64,000 bases of DNA from Chitinophagaceae bacterium (lineage in GTDB: Bacteria; Bacteroidota; Bacteroidia; Chitinophagales; Chitinophagaceae), in assembly GCA_041752235.1 (NCBI GenBank), contig JBGSHM010000002.1:16637-80636 (forward strand). The letters run 5' to 3'. Below the pieces are notes generated by a model. That model was given only the letters and a program-made list of their open reading frames with translations. It was not told where the DNA came from and did no database searches. The position numbers and the translations under genes were made by a program. Shown here piece after piece: positions 48,554-56,223 of this stretch (the first letter of the stretch is position 1; each line of letters opens with the position of its first letter).

Positions 48554-48702
48554 GACGTGAGGCGTGAGAAGGGATTGGTGAATAATAAATTTTAAACTTG
48601 AAAAGTATATACTACAGCCCAAAACTTTTTCTTCCTATTCACCATTCAAATCTCACGACTCACCACTCACGTCTCATGTCTCACGTCTCACGATTCACGC
48701 TC
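48545..48702. repeat. Family B heptamer palindrome (GTGAGAC / TCACGTC units)
   Basis: The left arm has six 7-nt units from 48550 and the right arm has ten TCAnnnn units 48632..48701. The 21-nt stem 48549..48569 / 48672..48692 has two G-U positions. Confidence 0.85.
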
Positions 48703-48703
48703 T

Positions 48704-49843
48704 TCATTCCACCGCTTCGTCCACATACGCCGAAATCCAGCCCACCTGTCCGTTTTTAACGAGGTAGAACCCCTTGCTTTCATACACCGAAGAGAACTGG
48801 CGCATGATCTTCAAAAGCAATCCGGTTCCGGCTATCATCGAGCGCTGGTCGAAAACTTTGTTGACTGTTTTTACATTTTTACCAACGAGTGCCTTGTCTA
48901 CATTGGGATCGGTAATGGCTTTGACGATCGCCACATCTGAAAGGGTATTGTATTCTTTGTAAAGCCTTTCACTGAATTTGAGTACATCCGAATAAGTGAC
49001 CGAGATAACAGCTTCATCCGTTTTTTCCGGATACATCAGGGTAGCAGCCGCCCAGGCAATTCCGCCACTAAAAGCCACATTGTCGCTAAGGGGATACGCC
49101 CCACTTGAATTCACAGCATAAATGATCTCATTGTTCTCAGCACCTGTGAGTACCCGGGTCAATTGCCGGCGGTAGTTCTCTAATGTTTTGTCATCACCCA
49201 CAGCTTTCTCCGCGGCATTGGTGGTACTCTTGGTACCCCAGGTAAGTTCAAAAAGCTTGAATTCATTCAAGTTCCCATAGGGGAAATAACCTCCTTTTGT
49301 ATTCCCGCTTCCGATATCGATCAGGAATGTAGTGAAGCGACGGTTAGAAGGCACGATACCTAAATGGGAGAGGCGTGCTTCGCCAATTGGGTCGATAATG
49401 GCTACCTCCCGTTTGGGATCACCAATACGGACACGGAAAGAATCGATCAGGCGATTAACCCAATCACTTTTTTGCTCTTTGTCTGATATGGTCTTTACCC
49501 CGCTACTAATCACCGTGAATATGCGATTGGAAGGCACAGAATATCTTGCATTCGCCGTTGTATAAAGTCCGGTTAACCCATTCAAAGTGGCCTTGAAAGT
49601 GCTATCGCTAAAAGTTATAAAATCAGTATTGGTAGTGGAATCTTTGAGCGGGTTAATGGCTCCACTCGTTTTGGCATTTTTGCCCATTTCAAGCAAACTG
49701 ATCTTTACCCCTTTGGATCCTACTTCAATTCCGGCATAGACGGTGGAATTCCGGAATTTCATTTTCAAGTCGTTTTGGGCAAACGAAGAAGAATAGGTAA
49801 AAAGCGACAGGCCGCACAGAACCAGCAGATTCTTTCTTTTCAT
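48704..49843 (-). CDS. Secreted hypothetical protein with ASKHA-like (Ppx/GppA or GDA1/CD39-like) phosphate-binding motifs
   Basis: Signal peptide from ATG 49843 (MKRKNLLVLCGLSLFTYSSSFAQ). YAGIEVGSKGVKISLL and FLIDIGSGNTKGGYF resemble the two phosphate loops of the neighbouring-type Ppx (IDIGSN / DVGGGST). Confidence 0.45.
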   Translation of the reverse strand: MKRKNLLVLCGLSLFTYSSSFAQNDLKMKFRNSTVYAGIEVGSKGVKISLLEMGKNAKTSGAINPLKDSTTNTDFITFSDSTFKATLNGLTGLYTTANARYSVPSNRIFTVISSGVKTISDKEQKSDWVNRLIDSFRVRIGDPKREVAIIDPIGEARLSHLGIVPSNRRFTTFLIDIGSGNTKGGYFPYGNLNEFKLFELTWGTKSTTNAAEKAVGDDKTLENYRRQLTRVLTGAENNEIIYAVNSSGAYPLSDNVAFSGGIAWAAATLMYPEKTDEAVISVTYSDVLKFSERLYKEYNTLSDVAIVKAITDPNVDKALVGKNVKTVNKVFDQRSMIAGTGLLLKIMRQFSSVYESKGFYLVKNGQVGWISAYVDEAVE

Positions 49844-49974
49844 GTTCGGGTGGTTTAGACGGGCTAAAAGTAGCGAATGCAAGTCTTAGGGTTGCATGTT
49901 ATCGTAGTATTACTTTATGGCTATGTGCAAAACTTGTGGCTAATTTCACCCGAAAGTGGCAAAAGAGCCATAAA

Positions 49975-50005
49975 ATGAAAAAGCGAGGAGTTAATACCCT
50001 CGCTC
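49975..50005 (-). terminator. Rho-independent terminator after the RRM protein gene
   Basis: On the minus strand: AGCGAGG-gtattaact-CCTCGCT followed by TTTTTC. Confidence 0.7.
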
Positions 50006-50029
50006 TTTCATTTATAAGTCAAGTTTGAA

Positions 50030-50446
50030 TCAGTAGTTACGATCGCGATCACGGTTATAACCTCCTCCACCACTGCCACCTTTGTTGTATCCTCCACCAC
50101 CACTGCCTCCTTTATTGAAGCCACCGCCGCTTCCGCCACGGTTGAATCCACCTCCTCCACGCTGGCCGCCGCCACGAAATCCACCTCCTGAACCGCCACC
50201 TGGACGGTCTTCGGCTTTTTTCACCACCATCACCTTATTCCGGCCCAGCGGTAATTCATTCAAACTTTCAATGGCCTCATTGGCTTCATCGTCGTTTGGC
50301 ATTTCCACAAAACCAAATCCACGGCTTTTACCCGTCTCCCGGTCCATCGAAACCTTGGCAGATAAGACTTTGCCAAACTTATCAAAGAATTCTTCCAGCT
50401 CCGCATCATCCATATCATAAGGCAGACCGGCAACAAAGAGTTTCAT
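50030..50446 (-). CDS. RNA-binding protein (RRM domain) with a Gly-rich tail
   Basis: MKLFVAGLPYDM (RNP2) and KSRGFGFVEM (RNP1). The start is at ATG 50446; the upstream 54 codons of the track ORF are non-coding-like. Confidence 0.9.
   Translation of the reverse strand: MKLFVAGLPYDMDDAELEEFFDKFGKVLSAKVSMDRETGKSRGFGFVEMPNDDEANEAIESLNELPLGRNKVMVVKKAEDRPGGGSGGGFRGGGQRGGGGFNRGGSGGGFNKGGSGGGGYNKGGSGGGGYNRDRDRNY
50033..50205 (-). repeat. Coding low-complexity tandem repeats (GGSGGGG-F/Y-N-K/R units) in the RRM protein tail
   Basis: GGGFRGGGQRGGGGFNRGGSGGGFNKGGSGGGGYNKGGSGGGGYNR. Confidence 0.8.
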
Positions 50447-50698
50447 AAAATATAATTTTTGTAAATGTAGGCAATCAATTGATATACTACGTGATAGTAA
50501 CTTACAAAATATAACCGATAAAAAAGTTTTTTTCCTCCGTTTTTTTGATGAATTACCTTGTAAAATGTACACAAATAGGACTCCATCATTTTCAAAGTGC
50601 TCCGACAATTAAAAAACTAGCTTGAATAATTCATTTCACCGGGTCATTGTAGTTTGGCCGAAAACAGCCTATTTTAGCTGTCCCAAGCCACACTTATT

Positions 50699-52162
50699 AT
50701 GCGCCCCATGGCAATTCGTGCCTATTCTTCGATTTTGTTTTCTGCCTACGGGATTATCTTCCTGCTTGGACTGATTCCCATTTTAAGTCAGGCACAACTC
50801 TGTAATGGCAGCCTGGGTGACCCGGTCATCAATATCACTTTTGGCAGTGGTTCGGGTACCGGAGGGTATGCACCTCCGGCAGCATACACATACACCGCCT
50901 CTTCCTGTCCGGATGACGGATTTTATACCATCACCAACCGAACTTCAGGTTGTTTTAGCAATGCCTGGCATACCGTCAATAACGATCATACAGGAAACGG
51001 AAACTTCTTTTTGGTAAATGCCTCCTTTACCCCCGGGGATTTTTTTGTGGCTACAGTTACTGATCTATGCCCGAATACCACCTACGAATTTGCTGCCTGG
51101 GTAATGAACGTGCTGCGAAATCCGGGAATCAAACCCAATCTCACCTTCCGGATTGAAACCACCTCCGGGATTGTATTGCAATCCTTTTCCACAGGTGACC
51201 TGGTGGAAACCGCCAACCCGCAATGGCTTCAATATGGTTTTTATTTTACCACGCCCTTACTAAATGCAAGTATTGTTTTACGTATCACGAATAATGCACC
51301 AGGTGGTAACGGAAATGACCTGGCACTGGATGATATCACTTTCCGTCCCTGTGGCCCAACGATCACCTCATCAGTGGTTGGGTATTCAGATACGATCGAC
51401 GTTTGTGAAGGGCAGGCCGGAAATTATTCGTTTACCTCCGATGTTTCATCGGCCTATGTTTCACCCGTATATCAATGGCAATCCAGCAATGATTCGGGCC
51501 GAAACTGGTTCGATATCCCGGGCGCCACTTCAATCAATTACCAGGTAAGTCCCATTACCCCGGGTGCCTATTGGTACAGGCTGGCCGTTACCGAACTCAG
51601 TTCTGCCGGAATTCGTGCCTGTCGTATTGCTTCAGATACCATCATCATCAATATCAGATCCAAACCCCTGGTCAAGGCAGGGCCAGACAGGGTCATGTTT
51701 CTTGGCGACTCGATTCGTATGGCTGGTACAGTCACAGGAGATGATCCGGTATATGAATGGATACCTCCACTTTATCTGAATGATCCGTCCAATGTCAATG
51801 CCATTGCACGTCCGCCAGCAGATATACTTTATACCCTTAGTGCGGTTTCGGCGTATGGCTGCCCACAATCAGATGGCATGTCCATTAAGGTGGTAGCCGG
51901 TATTTTTGTTCCAACGGCATTCACACCCAATAACGATGGACTAAATGATCATTGGCGGATTCCATTCCTCGATCCCTCACTGGGTGGGCAGGTACAGGTA
52001 TTCAACCGACAAGGGCAACTGGTCTATTCCATTTCATCCGATTGGGTTGACTGGGATGGTACGTTCCGCGGACTGCCACAACCCACCGGTACTTATGTTT
52101 ATTTTATCCAGTTTCCCAAAGGCCGGGAACCAATGAAGGGGATGTTTGTACTAATTCGATAA
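50699..52162 (+). CDS. T9SS type B sorting domain (gliding-motility C-terminal domain) surface protein
   Basis: Signal/anchor at the N-terminus. C-terminus FVPTAFTPNNDGLNDHWRIP...GTYVYFIQF is the CHU_C / type B sorting domain. Confidence 0.8.
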   Translation: MRPMAIRAYSSILFSAYGIIFLLGLIPILSQAQLCNGSLGDPVINITFGSGSGTGGYAPPAAYTYTASSCPDDGFYTITNRTSGCFSNAWHTVNNDHTGNGNFFLVNASFTPGDFFVATVTDLCPNTTYEFAAWVMNVLRNPGIKPNLTFRIETTSGIVLQSFSTGDLVETANPQWLQYGFYFTTPLLNASIVLRITNNAPGGNGNDLALDDITFRPCGPTITSSVVGYSDTIDVCEGQAGNYSFTSDVSSAYVSPVYQWQSSNDSGRNWFDIPGATSINYQVSPITPGAYWYRLAVTELSSAGIRACRIASDTIIINIRSKPLVKAGPDRVMFLGDSIRMAGTVTGDDPVYEWIPPLYLNDPSNVNAIARPPADILYTLSAVSAYGCPQSDGMSIKVVAGIFVPTAFTPNNDGLNDHWRIPFLDPSLGGQVQVFNRQGQLVYSISSDWVDWDGTFRGLPQPTGTYVYFIQFPKGREPMKGMFVLIR

Positions 52163-52173
52163 ACCTTTCCGGT

Positions 52174-52280
52174 TTAATTATTGATTAATAATTATTTATT
52201 AGTTCCTACTCACGATTCACGTCTCACGTCTCATGTCTCACCACTCACGTCTCACGCCTCCCGTCTTACCTCTCACACTT
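52174..52280 (+). repeat. Composite AT-rich (TAATTAT/TGATTAA) plus Family B (TCACGTC x10) heptamer array
   Basis: TCACGAT TCACGTC TCACGTC TCATGTC TCACCAC TCACGTC TCACGCC TCCCGTC TTACCTC TCACACT at 52210..52279. Confidence 0.85.
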
Positions 52281-52286
52281 CCCCCT

Positions 52287-52294
52287 TATCTTTG
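52287..52294 (+). promoter_or_regulatory. Candidate -7 promoter box (TATCTTTG) for the thiolase gene
   Basis: TAnnTTTG match 20 nt upstream of ATG 52314, directly after the TCACGTC heptamer array. Confidence 0.4.
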
Positions 52295-52313
52295 CCCTTC
52301 AATCCAACGAACA

Positions 52314-53492
52314 ATGAAAGAAGTATATATCCTCTCGGCTGTACGTACGCCCATGGGTAGTTTTGGAGGTACACTAAAGTCATTATCAGCGACCCAACTG
52401 GGTGCCATTGCGATTAAAGGGGCTCTGGAAAAGGCCGGTGTATCACCCGAACAGGTGCAGGATGTATTAATGGGTTGCGTGATACAAGCCAATCTCGGTC
52501 AAGCCCCGGCACGTCAGGCCGCCAAGTTCGCCGGTCTCCCCAATGAAGTGAATTGTACAACGGTCAATAAAGTTTGCGCGAGTGGAATGAAGGCCATTGC
52601 CCAGGCTGCTCAAAGTATTTTGCTGGGGGATGCGGATATCGTCGTAGCTGGTGGGATGGAGAGCATGAGCAATGTTCCGTTTTATACCGACAGTCTTCGC
52701 TGGGGAAATAAATATGGTAATACAACTTTGATAGATGGCCTGGCCAAAGATGGTTTGACCGATGTATATGATGGAAAAGCCATGGGAAATGCGGCAGAAC
52801 TTTGCGCTTCTACTTGTGGCATCTCCCGCGAAGAACAGGATGCTTTTGCCATTGAAAGTTATAAAAGGTCGCAAGCTGCCTGGGAAAAGGGGCTTTTTGA
52901 CGGAGAAATTGTTCCTGTTCCCATCCCGCAACGTAAAGGTGACCCCATTCTGGTGGGAAAGGACGAAGAGCCCTTTAATGTGAAATTTGACAAGATACCG
53001 ACCCTGAACCCTGCTTTTATAAAGGATGGTACGGTGACGGCTGCCAACGCCTCCACAATGAATGATGGCGCTGCCGCACTGGTTTTGGCCAGCAAGGAAA
53101 AGGCTGAAGCACTTGGGCTCAAACCTATCGCCATCATTCGGTCCTATGCCGATGCCGAACAAGCCCCTGAATGGTTCACCACCACACCCTCCCTGGCTGT
53201 GCCCAAAGCAGTAGCCAAGGCTGGTTTGAAAATGGAGGACATCGAATACTGGGAACTCAACGAAGCCTTTGCCGTGGTAGGCATTGAGAATACCAAACGG
53301 ATGAAACTTGACCCCTCCCGTGTTAATGCCCATGGCGGTGCCGTTTCCCTGGGACACCCACTGGGATGTTCCGGTGCCCGGATCATCGTTACACTTATCC
53401 ATGTGCTCAAGACCAATAAGGCCCGGTATGGAGCCGCGGGAATATGCAATGGGGGTGGGGGAGCATCGGCCATGGTCATTGAACTAGCCTGA
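52314..53492 (+). CDS. Acetyl-CoA C-acetyltransferase (thiolase II)
   Basis: MKEVYILSAVRTPMGSFGG, active-site NKVCASGMKA, NAHGGAVSLGHPLG, CNGGGGASAMVIE. The start is at 52314; the track ORF extension reads through a repeat array. Confidence 0.95.
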   Translation: MKEVYILSAVRTPMGSFGGTLKSLSATQLGAIAIKGALEKAGVSPEQVQDVLMGCVIQANLGQAPARQAAKFAGLPNEVNCTTVNKVCASGMKAIAQAAQSILLGDADIVVAGGMESMSNVPFYTDSLRWGNKYGNTTLIDGLAKDGLTDVYDGKAMGNAAELCASTCGISREEQDAFAIESYKRSQAAWEKGLFDGEIVPVPIPQRKGDPILVGKDEEPFNVKFDKIPTLNPAFIKDGTVTAANASTMNDGAAALVLASKEKAEALGLKPIAIIRSYADAEQAPEWFTTTPSLAVPKAVAKAGLKMEDIEYWELNEAFAVVGIENTKRMKLDPSRVNAHGGAVSLGHPLGCSGARIIVTLIHVLKTNKARYGAAGICNGGGGASAMVIELA

Positions 53493-53495
53493 GGG

Positions 53496-53620
53496 GATTA
53501 TTGATTATTAATTATAGATTATAAATTATTGGATATACCCAAATCCAATATTAATAATCTTATTCACTATTCACCATTGACCATTCACCCCCAAACTCAC
53601 TTCTCACGTCTCACACCCCC
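53496..53620 (+). repeat. Composite AT-rich heptamer hairpin (GATTATT units) plus TCACCAT/TCACGTC array
   Basis: GATTATT GATTATT AATTATA GATTATA AATTATT GGATATA, with stem GATTATTAAT 53503..53512 / ATTAATAATC 53550..53559. Then TCACTAT TCACCAT TGACCAT TCACCCC ... TCACGTC TCACACC. Confidence 0.8.
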
Positions 53621-53654
53621 CTTTAACAAAGCAAAAATTATAACCAATATTCCC

Positions 53655-53662
53655 TATTTTTG
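53655..53662 (+). promoter_or_regulatory. Candidate -7 promoter box (TATTTTTG) for the E1-beta gene
   Basis: TAnnTTTG match 23 nt upstream of ATG 53685. Confidence 0.4.
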
Positions 53663-53684
53663 CCCCCTAAAAATCTGCATTAGC

Positions 53685-54674
53685 ATGGGAAGAACAGTTG
53701 CCTTTCGTGAAGCCCTCCGGGAAGCCATGACCGAAGAAATGAGGAGAGATGATCGGGTTTTCCTGATGGGAGAGGAAGTAGCGGAATACAATGGGGCCTA
53801 TAAAGTGAGCCAGGGAATGTTAGCCGAATTCGGGCCCAAAAGGGTGATCGATACTCCCATTGCCGAACTTGGTTTTACCGCTGTTGGAGTTGGCGCTGCC
53901 CAAAATGGCCTGCGTCCGATCGTTGAATTCATGACCTGGAACTTTGCTGTTCTGGCCTTAGATCAAATTTTAAATACCGCCAGTAAGATGCTGGCAATGA
54001 GTGGAGGTCAGGTAAACTGTCCAATCGTATTTCGCGGAGGCAATGGCTCTGCCGGTCAGCTAGGTGCACAGCACTCCACCGCTTTTGAATCCCTTTATGC
54101 CAATATCCCAGGTATCAAAGTGGTTTCCCCCAGCAATCCGTATGATGCCAAAGGACTTTTGAAACAGGCCATCCGGTACGAAGAAGATCCCGTGATGTTC
54201 ATGGAAAGTGAACAGATGTACGGTGATAAAATGGAGATCCCCGATGAGGAATATTATATCGAACTGGGCAAGGCAGATATTAAAAAAGCCGGCTCCGATG
54301 TTACCATCGTTTCCTTCAATAAAATGATGAAAGTGGCACTAGGCGCCGCTTCCGAGCTGGAAAAAGAAGGGATCAATGCCGAAGTAATTGACCTCCGCAC
54401 CATCCGTCCGCTGGATTGGATGACCATCCTGGAAAGTGTCAAAAAGACCAACCGCCTCGTAATTGTAGAAGAACAATGGCCTTTTGGGTCTGTTTCCTCC
54501 GAAATCAGCTACCAAATACAAAAAGAGGGTTTTGACTACTTAGATGCGCCGATCCGCCGAATCACGGCTGCTGACGCACCCCTACACTATGCCCCCAACC
54601 TGGTTGCCGCCGCTTTGCCGGATGTTCCAAGGACCGTAAAACTGGTCAAAGAGGTCATGTATTTGAAGAAATAA
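53685..54674 (+). CDS. pdhB: Pyruvate / 2-oxoacid dehydrogenase E1 component beta subunit
   Basis: MGRTVAFREALREAMTEEM, GEEVAEYNGAYKVS, DTPIAELGF, transketolase C-terminal domain. No E1-alpha gene is adjacent. Confidence 0.88.
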   Translation: MGRTVAFREALREAMTEEMRRDDRVFLMGEEVAEYNGAYKVSQGMLAEFGPKRVIDTPIAELGFTAVGVGAAQNGLRPIVEFMTWNFAVLALDQILNTASKMLAMSGGQVNCPIVFRGGNGSAGQLGAQHSTAFESLYANIPGIKVVSPSNPYDAKGLLKQAIRYEEDPVMFMESEQMYGDKMEIPDEEYYIELGKADIKKAGSDVTIVSFNKMMKVALGAASELEKEGINAEVIDLRTIRPLDWMTILESVKKTNRLVIVEEQWPFGSVSSEISYQIQKEGFDYLDAPIRRITAADAPLHYAPNLVAAALPDVPRTVKLVKEVMYLKK

Positions 54675-54822
54675 GACTGTATTTAAGATCATCGTTGCAA
54701 CACTATTTATTCCCGTGTTTTCAAGACACATGTGAATAAATAAATCCCCGTCAATATTATTGGCTTTCAGGTTTTCCTTACATCTTTGTAACGGTTTTTC
54801 ATAGGATATTGGATTTTACAAC

Positions 54823-54856
54823 GAGGCCGGATTTCTATCCAGCCTCTATTTTTTTA
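54823..54856 (+). terminator. Hairpin plus T-tract downstream of the E1-beta gene
   Basis: GAGGCCGGAT-ttct-ATCCAGCCTC (one mismatch) followed by TATTTTTTT, 150 nt after the stop. Confidence 0.5.
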
Positions 54857-54928
54857 TAGCCCGCTTATATCCTTCCTTTTCCCGGGCTTATCTCTTTTGC
54901 CTTAATTTTACCGCCTTAAATTCCAAGC

Positions 54929-56095
54929 ATGGCAGATGTATTGATCATTGATGATGAAAAAGCGATCCGAAAGACGTTGAGCGAGATCCTCTCTTTTGAG
55001 GGGTATAAAATCGAAGAAGCCTCCGATGGGGAGGAAGGATTGAAGAAATTCAGAGAAAAAAGTTTTGATGTGGTCCTTTGCGATATCAAAATGCCCAAAT
55101 TGGATGGCATCGAATTCCTTCAAAAAGCAGGGGAGGCCAATCCCGATGTACCAATTATCATGATCTCCGGCCATGGCAACATTGAAACTGCTGTAGAAGC
55201 CGTAAAAGGCGGGGCCTATGATTATCTAGCCAAACCACCTGATCTTAATCGGTTACTCATAACGATTAGGAATGCGATGGACAGGCGCAACCTGGCCACC
55301 GAAACACGTGTCCTTAAACGTAAGGTCAGCAAAGTGCAGGATATGGTGGGTCAATCGGATCCCATTTTGCGTATCAAGGAAACCATTGAAAAAGTAGCTC
55401 CTACGGATGCCCGGGTATTGATCACCGGTGAAAATGGATCGGGTAAGGAACTCGTGGCCCGTTGGATACATGAAAAAAGCAACCGGGCCGGAGCCCCGTT
55501 GGTCGAGGTGAATTGTGCGGCCATTCCAAGTGAATTGATCGAAAGTGAGCTGTTTGGCCATGAAAAAGGGTCATTTACCTCCGCCATCAAACAACGCATC
55601 GGAAAATTTGAACAAGCCAATGGCGGTACACTCTTTCTGGATGAGATCGGCGATATGAGTGCGAGCGCCCAGGCCAAAGTACTCCGCGCCCTGCAGGAAG
55701 GCAAGATCACCCGGGTGGGTGGTGACAAAGAGATTAATGTGGATGTGCGGGTGATTGCCGCCACTAATAAAGACCTGCTTCGGGAGGTGGAAGACAAGCA
55801 TTTCCGGCTCGACCTTTACCATCGGTTGAGTGTGATCCTCATCCATGTGCCCTCTCTGAACGACCGGAAAGACGATATTCCCTTGCTCACCGACCATTTC
55901 CTGACCGATATCTGCACCGAATACGGAATAGCCAAGAAATTGATACATCCAGATGCCAGCAAAAGCCTGCAGGACTATAACTGGTCGGGAAATATCCGTG
56001 AACTACGTAATGTGGTAGAACGGCTGGTCATCCTTTCAGGCAAAGAGATCACGGCTGAAGATGTCAGGAATTATGTGACCCCTAAGCAGCATTAA
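54929..56095 (+). CDS. Sigma-54-dependent response regulator (REC + AAA+), without a recognisable C-terminal HTH
   Basis: REC (LIIDDE.., VVLCDIKMP), Walker A GENGSGKE, sigma-54 loop GSFTSA (consensus GAFTGA), Walker B LFLDEIG. It ends 30 aa after GNIRELRN. Confidence 0.88.
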   Translation: MADVLIIDDEKAIRKTLSEILSFEGYKIEEASDGEEGLKKFREKSFDVVLCDIKMPKLDGIEFLQKAGEANPDVPIIMISGHGNIETAVEAVKGGAYDYLAKPPDLNRLLITIRNAMDRRNLATETRVLKRKVSKVQDMVGQSDPILRIKETIEKVAPTDARVLITGENGSGKELVARWIHEKSNRAGAPLVEVNCAAIPSELIESELFGHEKGSFTSAIKQRIGKFEQANGGTLFLDEIGDMSASAQAKVLRALQEGKITRVGGDKEINVDVRVIAATNKDLLREVEDKHFRLDLYHRLSVILIHVPSLNDRKDDIPLLTDHFLTDICTEYGIAKKLIHPDASKSLQDYNWSGNIRELRNVVERLVILSGKEITAEDVRNYVTPKQH

Positions 56096-56223
56096 TTTCC
56101 TTAACAAATTATTCTGACCAGCATTGTTACAAATGGGGGGATTTGCCGACTCATTTGCAGGAATAAAGAACCTTACTGCTTTAGGATTAATGTAATAAAT
56201 TTGTTGACTTTAAACAATCGCCA

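Noticed and set aside
48545-48702. Heptamer arrays as a CRISPR array (also 52210..52279 and 211..303)
   Set aside because: The units are 7-8 nt with no spacers, far below CRISPR repeat/spacer sizes, and no cas genes are in the window.
50082-50420. 112-aa Pro-rich ORF
   Set aside because: It is the antisense of the Gly-rich tail of the RRM protein gene.
52233-52313. N-terminal extension of the thiolase ORF (MSHHSRLTPPVLPLTLPPYLCPSIQRT); likewise 53529..53684 for the E1-beta ORF
   Set aside because: The extensions are translations of the TCACGTC heptamer arrays and contain the candidate -7 promoter boxes. The canonical N-termini begin at ATG 52314 and ATG 53685.
52467-53402. 311-aa antisense ORF inside the thiolase gene
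   Set aside because: The plus-strand frame has unmistakable thiolase motifs. The antisense ORF has no recognisable features and is a common artefact of codon bias.
54705-54741. Hairpin ATTTATTC...GAATAAAT 30 nt after the E1-beta stop, as a small RNA or terminator
   Set aside because: The stem is short (8 bp plus 4 bp) with no U-tract. The better terminator is at 54823..54856, and there is not enough evidence for an sRNA.
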